Shown in pieces: positions 36,901 to 51,184 of a stretch of 64,000 bases of DNA. Source of the DNA: Vicugna vicugna (lineage: Eukaryota); the NCBI GenBank assembly GCA_013265495.1, contig MU058423.1:7363449-7427448 (forward strand), in the 5' to 3' direction. The position numbers were made by a program, and so were the translations under genes. The first letter of the stretch is position 1. Each line of letters begins with the position of its first letter. The notes beneath the pieces are model-generated. The model was not told where the DNA came from, ran no database searches, and saw nothing but the letters and a program-made list of their open reading frames with translations.

Positions 36901-39900
36901 TAAAAAGCGAACTAAAAATTACACTGGATAAAAAGTGAATAGCAGAAAGATATATCAAAAAACCAAAATAAATAGCAAAAGTTTATATTTTATAATAAAA
37001 TAAAAAGCATGCTATTCCAACAATTATAGTGTTTATGATCTCCATGTTCATATCCATACTCATATTCATTTTCAGTTTTCTGGTGGCTACTGAAATTTTG
37101 GAGATCACTAATGATATTTATATCAAATTGTGCCATTTATTCTTCTATCTCATGTCCTTCGGTTTTGATCAACTGTCTAAAAGATGTCTTTTTCTTCCAA
37201 ATCACATATTGATTTTTCTACTACTTTGTCAACTTACATACATACATACATATATATGTCAATGATATATATATATGTAATTTTTAGAAGCTATTTATTA
37301 TATAACTTATTATTCCCAAATGGTATTTCATTCTTATTTCATAGATGCAATACATGCTTATTTCTCCAGGATATTACAGTATTTATCTATTTACCTTAGT
37401 TTTCTACATTGTTTTGCTTTTTCAGATTCATATTTATACTGATTTTGTGCTTAGATTAGATCTAAGGAACCACTTCTCCAAATTAAAAGGGGGAGGGTGG
37501 TGAGAGGCAATGAGAAATGGATCTTCAGGAAAACTTAAAAGAGAATTGCCAAATTCAGTTTGGATATTTGGAACAATACAGCTTCTATTGGCAGATTTAT
37601 TGAAGCAATTAAAATATTAGCAATAAAATAGTAGCAATTAATATACAAACACCTATAAATCACATGGGTAATGTTTCCATAATGGCAACCTGTGAATGTT
37701 GTCCGTTAAGTTTGTTTATAGAACAATGTTGCTTCTCTTTTTCTTCCCCCAAGTTGTGTAGTTACATTTCATCCCGTGGATCTTCTCCTTACTTCCCTTG
37801 AAATAGTTTTAAAGCATAATGCTCTTGATTAAAATCAAAATCAAAATTCAAAATCATTTGTGCACTCAGGAGATTGAGTAAATACTTTCATGTGGCCAGT
37901 CTGCCATATTGCACCAAAAGTCTAACATTGCATTTTAATCATTCATTCCCAGTTCCTTTCTTGGCTACTAGACTGAGTTCTGAAAAAAAAAATCTAATTT
38001 ATTTTCATATGAACAGTGACTACTCAATGGCTGTGACTTTATTAAATTTCGATTATTTTTTAATGTGCTGTGTACTAACCCTTTTTCAATCTATTCACAC
38101 ATTTGAAATGTGTGGCTTCTTCAACTTCAGTTTCGTATCTTGTGTAGCCTCTTATCTGTGATTCATTAAAAACCTATCACTATTATTCTTTATGTAACCT
38201 CATGAACAGTTAAAAAAAATTCTCTTGAGCCAAATTTCCTCCTGTTTAGAGGAAATATTTTTATAATAGTCAATGTGTTAAAAAAAATCATAAAGTAGTA
38301 GTTTAATATAGAAGTAACAGATTACCTTTCAAATATGTTCAACAAATTTGTGAAATAATTTTATGACAATAAATTGAATTCCTTTACAATGATCTATTAC
38401 TTCATGTACTTGATATGACTTTAGAGATCTTCCCCCAAACATTCTTCTAATTCTAAGATTTATGTAACCTTTACTGAACGAACTTTTTTTGTACATACTC
38501 AGTCAGAAATTATTTGTTACAGGCTGGTATTGATAATTATGGATAGTTTTGTAAAGTGATTGCTATACTGATATAGTAGATACATTTTAATTTGGTGTTT
38601 CATCATATAAATATACTTGATTACCATGCAGTCATTTGACTCAAACTCTAGCAAATAAGAGTCTGCATCAGAAAACAATTAAAATAACTTTGAGTAGTGG
38701 ACAATCTGACCCAACATTTACCAGATATGAATAAAAAGTAAGGATTTTCCAGAAGGCACTTCATAGCCCTAATTATCATTTTGACATGAGACATTAATGT
38801 CCAGACCATGAGGTTTTATTAGTTTGAAAGGCTGACTTTTTCATCTAAGCATGATTAGTAACAGGCCAGACGTAATCCAAAGATCATATTTCATACTGGC
38901 AAGCAAAGTCATCAGATGAGAGTCCTGAGAGTCTTACCAATTTGATGCCAATGTAAATGACACGGTGTAAACTCTATTTCATTCTGTGTGCTAGAATCCA
39001 TTAAGTTCAAGTGGGCAATAAAAACCTACTTTCAAAGTCATCTATCCCTGTGAATAATGACCATAAAAGACTCACTCTTTTTTTTCTAAAATAAATGTAT
39101 CAAAAGGCAATAAGCAAGGTGATATTCAGAAATAATAAATGTTTTCTTCTTGAGAGAAAAAGGAACCTATGAATTCCACCAGATCCACATTATATAATAT
39201 TTTTGCTGCAAGAAAAAAAAATAAGCTGCAAATGTGTCCAAGGTATTAGCTCAATTATATAACTTGTAGCATGTTTGAAACAGAAATTCTACAAGTGATA
39301 CAAAATATTTTTATAAGAAAATATGTAGTAAGCTTAACTTATCACTGACTGTATAAAATACAATAAATATGTATTTATGGACTAATATTTCAAGTAATTC
39401 AGGCTGCAACTTGATTTTTGGTGGTAGTTCACATTTCTGCAAACATAAAAATACTGAATACATTAAAAATGATAACATTTATCATTTACTAAATTAGGTT
39501 TTTAAATAAAAATGGAAAATTAAGTCAAGGATGTGATGAAATGGCATACTCATTCACTATTGGCAGGAGTGTGTATTTTTTTCAGACTTTTGCATTCTTT
39601 TATTTCTATATTCATTCCTGCCTATATGCCACACACAGAGAAAATTCAAACTGACAGAACTCGTGCTAATCAAGGGTTAACATTTTATTTAGAGAGGTAT
39701 AAAAGGAAAAAGACAGAAAATTGTAAGTAAATAAATATCCCCCACCCTAATTTTTGATCATGATAAATGATCCCAAATAAAGTAAAACAGAGTGACGTGA
39801 AAAAAATGCATGTGTGTCTGTGTGTGTGCACCACACGTGTGTTAAGGGGAACTGAGTGGAGAAAACTTCAAGATGGATGGTCAGAGGAAACATGTTTGCG

Positions 39901-40716
39901 ATGTTCTTTTGAGTTAGTCATTTAAAGATTTGGACACAGGATGCTCCATGTTGAAGAGAAAATAAGATTAAGGCCTATGAGAGAAAAGAATGGGTTATGT
40001 TCAAGAAAGAAAATAGAAACAAAAACAAAACCAAAAATCCAAATTCTCCGATACGACTGCAGCACAGTAAACAGATAGAAGGAAGGATGATACCAGATGA
40101 AGCTGAAACACTGTGTCCAGGCAGTCTGGAAGCTCTGACTTAATGCTCAAATAGCAAGTGATGGTGCCCTCCCCTTCCTAATCTGTTTCAAGTATCACAC
40201 TTTCTAACTACATTCCAATCTTCCCAGGTTTTCGTCTCTTAAAGCCCGAATCCAACAGCCCCATGACTCAACTGGGATATAAAATTCATTGATCCTCCAC
40301 ATTTTCATTCTCTCGGACCATTCTTGGCTCACTGTGATTCCTCACCCAGCTTAAGCTCCGTGATTAATCTTTCATTGCGGTTACCTCCTTGCATGTAACA
40401 TCAGACTCCTTGTCTCTCGCTTTCGATCAAAACCCAAATCTTAGTTCATATCTCTCTCTCTGCCTAGACTATGCATGCTGTCTTTAACTAAACAATATGC
40501 TACTATACTAACTAGTTTCACTCTGAACATATAACAGTGAACCTAAGAGGGCCCTAATGACTTCAGATAATCACACGGCTTCCATTATATTGACCTTCTC
40601 AGTATTCAAGATTCCATTTCACATTTTATACCCTGGCCCCAAACCTCCAAAACTTCATCTCACAGCTTTCTTTCATGCTGATGATATTACTGTTGTCTAA
40701 CTGAAAAATAGAAGGA

Positions 40717-42542
40717 GATGAATGGTTGGGAAAATGGGAGTTGGCAGTTTCATGGGTATATTCCTCCACAGAAACGGTGGGGAAAAAAATCAAGCATATG
40801 CTTAATGGAGAAAAAGACAATTTAAAAATGGTAGCAAAGCTCTGTGGCATTTTCTCACGCATTTTCTCCACCTCCTTCCAATATCAGTAGTGGTGTTGAA
40901 GAAGGCAGCCGGTGTCCCCAGGGTAGGACCCTGGTCCCTGTTCTGGAGTGGGAGGAGCAGACCTTTTTGCGAATAGGTATGTGTGTGTCTGGTCTATGCT
41001 GTCTGTGGTCTACCTAACATACTGACACAGGGGCTTATCTTTATTTCACCTAAGTCAGAACTCATTCATGGCAGAAATACAAAGGACGTTCCTTGAACAT
41101 ACTGTAAGGTGGACAAAAAACAAAACAAAATAAAACACCTAGTAACTAGGGACAAAGGATTGCGGTTTAGGTATGCAGCAACAGAACACTGAGAGTCTGG
41201 GAGGAAAGGCTTGGGAGAGAGTTTCTTTGGGAAATTAGGGCATTGCAGAGTAGCCACGATTCGTGTACACAGAGGAATTTAGAAAGTCACACAGATGCCC
41301 AGAACAGGACACATGCCCAGAAAAGATCTAAGAATACCCTAAGCTTTCGCCTCTGGCTGACCTCTAGGCTCAGTGTAAGCAGAAGGCTAAGGCAAAGTTG
41401 TAGACAGTGAAGCTTCCTATTCTTCTCCACAGCCACAAATCATCATAACCTTGAATTTGGCAGTGGATTTCTAGAAATGACACCAAAAGCATTAGCAGTA
41501 AAAAAAAAAAAAAGGCTTCACCAAGATTAAAAACTGTGCATCAAAGGCCATTAACAAGAAAGTGCAATGACAACCTACAAAACGGGAGAAAATATTTGTG
41601 ATTCATATATCTGGTAAGAATTCAGCATTCAGGACATGCAAAGAACTCTAGAACTTGAAAACAAAAAGACAAACAATAAAATTTAAAAACTGGCAAAGAA
41701 CTTGAATAGACATTTCTCTGAAGAAAATACATAAATGGTTAACAGATACATCAAAAGATGCTCAGTATCATTAGTTATTAGGGAAATGCAAATCAAAGCC
41801 ACAGTGAGACACTACTTCGCACACACGAATATGGCTATAACAAAAAAAACCTGATAATAACAAAAGCCGGCAAGCGTATGGAGGAATTGGGACTCTCGTA
41901 CATTGCTGGTAGGGAAGTAAAATGATTCAGCTCCTGTGGAAAATAATTTGGTGGGTCTTTAAAAACTTAAATATAAAATTATTATATGACTCAGCATTTC
42001 TGTTCCATATATACTCAAAAGAGTTGAAAACAAGAATGCAAACAAATGTATGTACACCCATGTTCACAGGAACACTTTTTAGAATAGACAAAAGGTAGAC
42101 ACAGTGCAAAAATCCACCAATGGATGGATAAACAAATTGAGGCACACATATACAATCAAATATTATTCATCCATAAAGGAGAATCAAGTACTGATTGCTG
42201 CTACAACATGGATAAACCTGAAAAATAATATGCTAAGTGAAAAAAGCCAGAAACCAATGGTTACATATTATATACATCCATTTGTATGAAGTATACAGAA
42301 TAGACATACCCTGAGCGACAGAACACAGAAATGTTAGTTTTGAGGGACTGAGGGGAGTGGGGAAAGGGAAGCAATTGCTTAATGGGTTTGGCGTTTCCTT
42401 TCAGAGTAATGAAAATGTTCTGGAACTAGATAAAGGTGGTGGTTGCGCAAAATTGTGAATACACTACAATGTTACTGGACTGTTCACTTTAAAGTGGTTA
42501 AGTTTATGTTATATGTTATGTTATACGTTATATTTCACCTAA
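40717..42542 (+). mobile_element. L1MB-type element with 5' region and 3' end but a large internal deletion
   Basis: Approximate TSD aaaaatagaagga (40704-40716) / aaaaatagtagga (42543-42555); 41435-42542 is clear ORF2 end plus L1MB 3' UTR; 40717-41430 resembles an L1M 5' UTR. Confidence 0.75.
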
Positions 42543-43909
42543 AAAAATAGTAGGAATCAGAAGAAAATCTCTAAAAGCTCCATTCACTACATCAGCTCAC
42601 CTACCAGCACTCGTATCTGCCTATATTCACCTCTGTCAGCAAAAATGAACTGTCCTTGCATTTGTCAAAGACCAGGCTGTCTCCTTGGGCACCAGGTGCC
42701 TTGTTGTTTATTTAAAGTCAATCCGTCTAGTGATTTTCAGCGTATTCTCCTGGATCATCATTTTTCTCTCTTTACCGGGTCCTATCTATCAGAATACAGG
42801 AAGACGGTATTTCTCCTACTCACAAGTTTTATAAAAAAAGAAAATAAACAAAAAGCCTCTGACTCACATTTTCCAATAGCACCCACTCCACTCCTTCACA
42901 GTAAAGCCTCTACTAATAAAAAAGAAAAAAGAAAGAAAAAATTGATCATATTCACTGTTTCCAATTCTTTTTCTCACATATGCTCTTAAACTCTCTTTAA
43001 CCTCTACCATTGCAATATAACCATGACCATCATTGCTACCAGTGACATCCGTGATTCTGAAACCTGTGCTCATTTCTCAGGTCCTAAGTTACCAAACCTC
43101 TCGACAGTGTTTGCTAAAGTTGATTATGGCCTCCTCTTCCTACGCTTGGTTTTCAAAAGAAAGAGACTGTCTTCCTTCCCTCACCACTTTTTTTTTTCAG
43201 TATTCTCCACCATGTAACCCCATCTCCTAACATGAGCGGGCTACTGGTCTCAGGCCCTGGACATCTCTTCCCCATGTGTGCTACTTCTTTGGGAGAATTC
43301 CGCCCATCTTATCCATGCTGAAGACTCTCACATTTTAATCTGAAGCCTTGAACTTCCTCCTCCTCTCCCGATTGATATATTCATCTGCATATATAAATAT
43401 ATGTGTGAATACTTAATGGGCAACTCATATTAATTGAAGATCTGATCTTTCCCCCCAAATTTGCTCCTTTTCTACACTTCCCTGATTTAATGAAGGCAAT
43501 TCCATCTTCTCAGTTACTTGGGACAAAATCCTAGGGTGATCTTTGATGCGTCTCGTTCTCTCATACTTGATTTTTAATGTCAATAAATTCTACTGGCTAT
43601 ATTTTCAAAAATATATGCAGAATTTAATTAGTTCTCCCCACTGTCCCTGCTTCCCATCCAGCTTAAACTAACATAATTTCTCACTGGGCTCATTCTGATA
43701 GCCTCCAGCCTGGCCTTGCTGCTCTCACCCTTGTCTTACTGTGCTCTGTTTTCAATACAATCTCCAAGTTCCTGCTACTTTAGTGACCTCTATTCTGCTT
43801 CTTCACAATTCTTTTTCTACTTCTATCATTTCTCTGGGACTCATTCTATCTCTCTCTTCAAAGCTCTTTTCAAAAGTAGCCTTCTCAGTTATGCCTTCTC
43901 TTACTACGT

Positions 43910-44104
43910 CATTTATTTATTTATTTTATTGAAGTACAGTCAGTTTATAACGTGGTGTCAATTTCTGGTGTACAGTATAATGTTTCAGTCATACATTTAC
44001 GTACATATATTCATTTTCATATTTTTTTCATTATAGGTTATTATAAGATATCGAATATAGTTCCCTGTGCTGTACAGTATAAACTTATTGTTTATTTTAT
44101 ATTT
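43910..44104 (-). mobile_element. L1 3' end (same type as 17038-17686)
   Basis: tttattgaagtacagtcagtttata...tttctggtgtacag...atagttccctgtgctgtacag. Confidence 0.85.
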
Positions 44105-47100
44105 AGGAGTTTGTCTATCATATTCAAAACTCAACCTCCTTTCCTTATCTCTGTCCTCTTTCCTTGCTTTCGTTTTCTCTATAGCATTTTCTAATCCATG
44201 ATATAATTTATTTGTGTATTTTTGTAGGGCCCAGAGGTTTAGCTCCACGTGGGGAGTAACGTTTTCTGTTTTTCACTGGTGTATCTCAAGTGCCTAGAAG
44301 AGTGTCTAGCACGTGGCAGGAGCTAGAAAATATTTGTAGAAGGAATGATAAATCATTATGAGAAACTATTTGTAGTGTAAAGAAATGTGTAATAACTTAC
44401 ACCTTGTCAAATTTGACATGGAGAAGAGAGTGAAAGGAAAATTACTGTGTTGGCCTTGAGTATCTTTTTCTCAAGGCACTATAATGCACTGTTTCCTTTT
44501 TTTCTTTTTACCTCACAGCATTTTCCATGGCAAATGTGTATTATCATTGTAACAGTAAAAAAAATAAACAAGTGATAGTTCATTTATCTACTTACTGGGC
44601 AATGTACAGGTATCTATAAATATCAAATGGTCTGTATAAAACAATGCATTAAAATAATTATTATTACCCTTACTCATTTATTCCATGTTATATTTTTAAC
44701 TATCCAGAGGCCAAGTAGTAGGACATACGTTAGATTTAGAAGACTAACAAATACAAAATCATCAATGTGATGTTGAAGTGACTATAATAATGAAAAACAT
44801 TAATCCAGCATTAAAATTTACTCATGATACATATGACTTAGAGGGGCAATACATTAAAATAAAATTTTTAAAACACCATGGTTCATTTTTTGTGTTGCAC
44901 TATATCCTGTAGAAAAGTTTTGTGCTAAAATAATGTTCAGTAATAAGATGGGAATAAAATCATGAAATCACTTACATTCATAGGTAATAAGAGATTAATA
45001 AAACTGCTTTCTTTGGAAGATGAGAATTTCTAGTCCACTGATTTTCCGTAGTTCAAATCTGTCTAAATGTGTTGATTTTTCTTTCATTCACACGTCCATG
45101 CAGCAAAGATTCCTGAGCTCTTATTAACAAGCACTATGCTAGGCACTGTAGATGAAAACAAGTTAATAAATTACTGTGTTTGCTTCATGGAGCTTTTCGG
45201 CAAGAGGCAAATGAGTAAATGAATACATCATTGAATGCAAAGTAGTGGGGCCTATGATAGAAGAGTTTGCAAATTTCTGCAATGTGAGTTTGGAGACAGG
45301 TCCCTAAGCAAATCAGGTTCAGGAGCTGCTTCCTACTGGAAACTAAAGTGCCCTCCCTCCCATGCACAGTGTACTCAAGAGCAGAGTACGTGCTCATCAA
45401 CAAGTTGTGGTGATTTCATGTTGTCATCCATAGCATAGATATTTATTACACTAGATTGTAGACAGGAGTGTAAGAAAACTGGCTGAATTTTTCCCATCCC
45501 CTGGGTATTCCTGAAAGTATCTTTTTCGTAAAATTCTATCATCAGCTTTTTATCTTATATATGGATTATGAAATATAGAAAATTCTAGGCAACTTAAAAT
45601 TGTCATTATCTGTGTTACCAAGTAATATGAAATAAAAACACTCAAAATATCCTAACTTTAAAAAACATCCAGCTCTGTAATGTATCTAGAATTTTTTGAG
45701 GGGTGTGTGCCATTTCCAGATTTTATTTAGGTTATATCTCCAGTATCCACTAAGTTAATCTTACAGAAAAGTTTAAAAAACAAACAAACAAACAGAAAAT
45801 TTTTGGAAATTTATCCGAAAGGAAGAACAAAATAATTAGAACAGAAATAAACAAGTCCTAAAGGAAACAACTCTAACAATACTTAACTTTGGAAGTGTAA
45901 TTTTCCCTAACGTAATCTGATTTCGTGAACTGTTCCGTATTTTTCTGCCACACTTTGGTACCACACATACAAGCAGAAATTTCCCTCGCTATGGCTGTGT
46001 GCACACAGGGTATTCTACAAACATTTCTGTTAGTCAGAAGTTTTCTTCCCTGAAAGTTTTTAGATTTGAAAATTATAATTTCTGTATTAAATATTTCAAA
46101 ACATATTCAAATTTCTTTAAAAGGGCCAAACACCTTCCATTTAAAGAAACTGTAGCTTTTATTTTGCATAATCAAGTCTTTACAAGAAAAAAAAACATAT
46201 CACCTCTTCAGGTAGTTCAACAGTGTATACTGATCTAGAAATATTATAGAATCATCAAGATACCCATTTGAAGGTTGGTTAAATATCAGTTTTTACAAAA
46301 CTGTCAGTTTATGTATTACTTGGTGATATATGTGATTATTTGCAGTTTTTCATTTGTGTGCATACCTGAGTGCTGACAGAGCATTTCCAAAGATTTAGAT
46401 TGCTTCCTCTCAGATATAGGCTCTCTGCCTTAAAATAAACACAGAAGGACGGCCAGGAAAACACATCGGAATCTGCCATTGCTGTGAGCCGGGACTTGTC
46501 TGAGAATTGCACTGCAATGAGTATCTGTAAAGAGACTGTAATATCCCATGAGGAGGGAAGCTGGGAATTAGAAACGGTTATCACTGATGTGCTGCTGATG
46601 TATGATTTCTCCTTTGGAATTAGGTAGAACTTGGTATTAAGTGATAGAAAAGTGAAAACATAGATAAACTGAAAGACTAGCTTTAAATATCTATTACTGA
46701 AACTTGAGTAATTAATGCAAAAATGGCAGCGTCATCAGAAAATGTATTTCATAGTAGCTTTTCTTTCTTTAAAAATATAAAACATCGTGTCAAAAAGACT
46801 TGCCTATATGCAATCACTTGTTTATTCAAATTTGTCCCGATGCTGTATATACTACTGTAGGCTGGACAGGCAGACCAGCAAAAAAGAAGTCAATACAGAA
46901 GGCCTGCAATCCAAGAGGGAAGATACAGTCAAACAATGTACCACAGCACAGGATGAAAGTGAAGAAAACGACCAACAAATTTTAGAGGAACTTCCTTGTG
47001 TGAGTCTTTCATAGCTCCTTGCATGAGCTTCAGGTTAAAAGCCACCTCCTTAACCTCTCCTCCCTTACTATGTACTGAACTACATCTTTGCTTAATTACT

Positions 47101-47329
47101 GAATTTGGCAATGCGTTGTGTATTACTTTACAAACTTGTAGTTTTAGAAAAAAATAAATTGCATATTATGCAATGCTAGGAAGTTCCTCACATGCAAAAT
47201 GATCTCTTATCACTTCAGCATTCCTAAACATAAATATTCCCCCCCCCTTTTTTTTTTTCAGAAGTCTATTCTCATAATAAACTTAACCTGCTCACAAGCC
47301 TAAATCCACACAGTACTTCTGGATCTGAT

Positions 47330-47600
47330 TCCATTTATTTTGCAGAACTCGGTGTAGACATTGCATCTTCTGGGAGGTCTGAGCTCACTCCTCAAGATGG
47401 GTTTAATTCCCGCCTATGCTCACATAATATCCTGTATTTGTCCATTTAATAACATTTACTCTTTATCACAGTTCCTTATTTGTCTGTCTGTGAAATACCA
47501 GTAGGTAGGCAGAAACTGTTTTCGGTTCATTAAAGAATATTGTGTGTAGCACCATCCCTGGCACATAATTAGTGCTCAAAAAATAACTGTTGAATAAGAA
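47330..47600 (+). mobile_element. L2 3' fragment
   Basis: cctggcacataattagtgctcaaaaaataactgttgaat. Confidence 0.6.
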
Positions 47601-49489
47601 GACTTTTCAAATTGTTTGTAAGGACATGTGAACAATATACACAACACCTGACTATTCAAGTATTTGCATATATAATATGGTTTATATGTATATTAAAATA
47701 AAGAAACCCTCATGTTCAGGGACGCAGTGTAAATGAAAGAGATATACTCATGCTTTTCAGTATAACAAAATATGTGGCATTGTGAGATGGTTTTAATATA
47801 GGGGCTTATTCTTTTTACAAGTTTAGGGAACTAAAGATTTATTTAAAATATTTTACACGACAGTTTATTAACAGAAAAAATTATTTTGAAACTACACGAA
47901 TTCTCTACAGGTAATATATGTATATAGTTTTTATCTGAGCCACTTACTGTACATCAGAAAAACAGCAACATGGGAGCAAGTGAGAAAAAACACCAGTAAC
48001 AGAAGGATCCACCATGTGCAGGTGCCGGGCCGTTTGGATTTTCCAGATGAATTAGGAGGGGCGTGATGGAAGGGCACAAGTTGAACATAAATAAAGGAAA
48101 CGGTCTTTATAAACATTTCACTAATGCCTTAGAGCTCCTACTAATAAGAAATCTCTGAAAAAGAGAAAGTCACAATTTTGACTTGGAGCGGATTTTAAAA
48201 TCAGAAAGATACTGAATTATTAATGTGCAGACTGGTCTTTTTCATTTTCTTTCCTAATCCAAGAAATCTTCAGGGTAGCTGTTGGAAGGATATATTTTTC
48301 TCATCTCCTGCTTTAGGCATTTATAAATACACTTGCAAACACTATCTTAAGATACAGCACTATCAAATGATCAAGGTCACTTAGGAGACTAAATTAAACT
48401 TCTAATACGCATTCACTGTTGTCATTTCAGCACATTTTTGATGAGGCTGTGGAAATGCTTGCTTTGAATGTCATTCCTGCTTGCTCTCTAATGGTTTGTC
48501 AGCCGGTTTATTGCACACCAGATTTCAGAGACTTACAGAATGAAATGAAGCCATCTTCCTCAAAGTGATTTCTCTTCATACTATATTAATTCTTTAAGAT
48601 AGTGCACCCAAGATCTATGTTAAATTATAGTGTAATTAGTTAAGCTCTTGGGTTACACGGTCACTTGAAATAAAACCCCAGCCTGACTGTTCCATCTACA
48701 GGAGGGAAAGCTCTGGCAAGGATTACGCCAAAGCGCAGCTTGTTGACAGCCCATGCAAATTAGGAAGACATAGTTTGGTTTAAATGTCTGTAAAAGCAGG
48801 ACACAACATCTGTGGGAATAATTTTCAAAACTGCAGTGGCATAGAAATCATTGCAAGTGGTTATGTAGTTACAAATAGAAGCCTGGCAGTAGTCCAGAAA
48901 TAAAAATTTTCTTTTTCTCTTTCCAGGTAAGAAAGTAGTCCAAGTCATTTTCTGGTTTGGAACTAGACACTAATGATAGATTCATTATTAATTTTAAAAT
49001 CCAAATTAAAAAATAAATTCAGGGTTTTACTTTCCTTGCCTTCTATCCCATATCCTCCTGGGAATCGTTACACAGAGCGATAAAATAGGAAAGCAGCAAG
49101 GTTACAGGATATAATGAAAGACAAAATGACTATGTAATCTACAACTGAGTTTAACTGAAGATTGCTGTAAGATAAGTCTTCCTAATTGTAAAATGTTATC
49201 CTTTCAAAAATGAGATTCTCTTTAACTGAACCAGTTTTCCAAATGAATAGAACAAAACTTTTTTTTTTTTGGAGTATGTTCTAAGGTGAAAACATTAAGT
49301 GTGCTCAAGTAATAAATATAATATTTCATCAAATGAATCACAGTTACAGACAAGAACTAATGGGATTCTTCTTTGCCTATTCTATTTAAAAAACAAATTT
49401 GTTGAACCTGACTGAAACCACGCCATTGACTGCGTAGCCAAATTCTCCATTCTATTTCTTGCCATTCTTTCTTATTTTAATGGACTATT

Positions 49490-49925
49490 TACATATTATA
49501 AGTATTTTTATAATGTTAAAAACTAATGAACACTAATGTGTACATTAGTATACATTACATACCACTCATTTTAAGAGTTTGAGTATTAACTACACTCTTG
49601 AAAACCCTGCTTTTCTTCTTTGTATCACCGTCTATTCCAATCATATGGAGTCACTACCCTGAAATTTCACTTAATTTCTCTGTAAGTTTGTCTCATATGT
49701 ATTATCCACTTCCAAACCACATGTTGTTTAATTTTCCACAGTCTTGGATATTTTATAACTTGTAACATATGAATACATTCTTCTGCTATTCGATTTTGCT
49801 CTGCAATATTACAATGTCAATATTGATGACTCATTCATTTTCATCGTTGTATAATATGACAACTGTATACATGTGCTACAGTTTATTTATTCATCATTTA
49901 GATTGTTTGCAACTTTTGCTTTCTT
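49490..49925 (-). mobile_element. Old L1ME-type 3' fragment
   Basis: tcattcattttcatcgttgtataatat...tacagtttatttattcat...catttagattgtttgcaacttttgct. Confidence 0.5.
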
Positions 49926-50409
49926 GTAATAACAAATAAATCCAAAATATAAAAAGCATCAAAACTCATCCTAGAAACATATTCTATGTTCTTTTCCCAT
50001 CATTCCTTTAAACTTTATTCAGAGTGAGCAACTTCCCAGCCCTCTGCCCTCCTTTCCCTGAATTAACCCTCCTAGGAAAATGACGTTTCAATCCACTTTT
50101 GAGCGCTCACTTGAATTTGTAGATACAGGCTTCCATCAGTAAGCACCGCATTAGTCAAAAATTTTAATCAAATTCTGACTTGAGTTAATGTTAAATCATC
50201 TCCCATTCCTCAGCTTGGAAACAGGAAACTTTTGAGAAAAAAATACTTCCCTCTTTCAATTCTCAACTTAATTGGGAAAGACTACTGTAACGGGGGAGGG
50301 GGACTATTAAGGTAGAGAGAATATTCAACCCTAAGATCTATACGTGTTCCAAAGGATTGGGCAGAAATGACTTTCATAGGAGCACAGGGCTCAGAGAGAA
50401 AGTTCAACA

Positions 50410-50761
50410 GTGTCATAGGAATCACTCAGCAGCCAGTCCCCTAAGGACTTTCCACAGTCCAAATCCAATGACTAAATGACAAGGGAATATCAAGGCTTGG
50501 TCCCCTCATTCCAACTGGGACAACTCTGAAGAATCATCCTAACTTCAGAACTCCCGTAGTCAGCTGAGGCCACCACTGGAGCTGAATCTGAGTTCAGCAT
50601 CACCATGTGTCTTATCTCACTTGCTACCCTTGCAGTAATACAGATGTTTATCCCTCCCTTCCTTCCCCATAGGTGTTGATCCACCGAGTACCCCTTAATA
50701 AATTTTCTACACACTAATCCCTGTCATAGACTTTGCCTGCTGGGGAATTCAACTCAGGGCA
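50410..50761 (+). mobile_element. LTR16-like ERVL LTR
   Basis: aactgggacaactctgaaga...cagaactccc...taggtgttgatcc..gagtaccccttaataaatttt...ctggggaattcaac. Confidence 0.75.
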
Positions 50762-51184
50762 GTGTGAAAATATGCTGTTCTCCTCAAGTCAAGTAAGTAT
50801 GTGTAACAATTACACTCAAACCATTTTAAAATTTCTATTTTATAATATATTTGCATGTGTTTTGATAAATAGGTTTCTTACTAAATTTGAGTCTCTAAGA
50901 ATATGAATTATGATTTTCTTATATATTTTCTTATTCATAATATTCAGAGAACAATAATAGAGACATTAACAATTCAGCTCAGGAGGTCATAAACAAGTCA
51001 CCAGTTGTCCCATTGATTCAAACTTGCTATAATCTAAAGCAAAAGTCTCTAGAAAGAAAATAATCACCTTTTAACACTGAGCTTGCATTAGATAAATTTT
51101 CAACAACATACCTGAGAATTAGATTTTAGAATTTTAAGTATAGAGAAAGTAAGTTTTCAGTTACATTCAGTTTTCCAAAGGAGC

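Larger units (their letters stand above)
40130..44350 (+). mobile_element. L2 (ORF2 region to 3' end), interrupted by L1 insertions at 40717-42542 and 43910-44104
   Basis: L2 motifs before (ctgaaaaatagaa) and after (aaaatagtaggaatcagaagaaaa) the L1; ends gtatctcaagtgcctagaagagtgtctagcacgtggcaggagct...tatttgtagaaggaatga. Confidence 0.75.
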
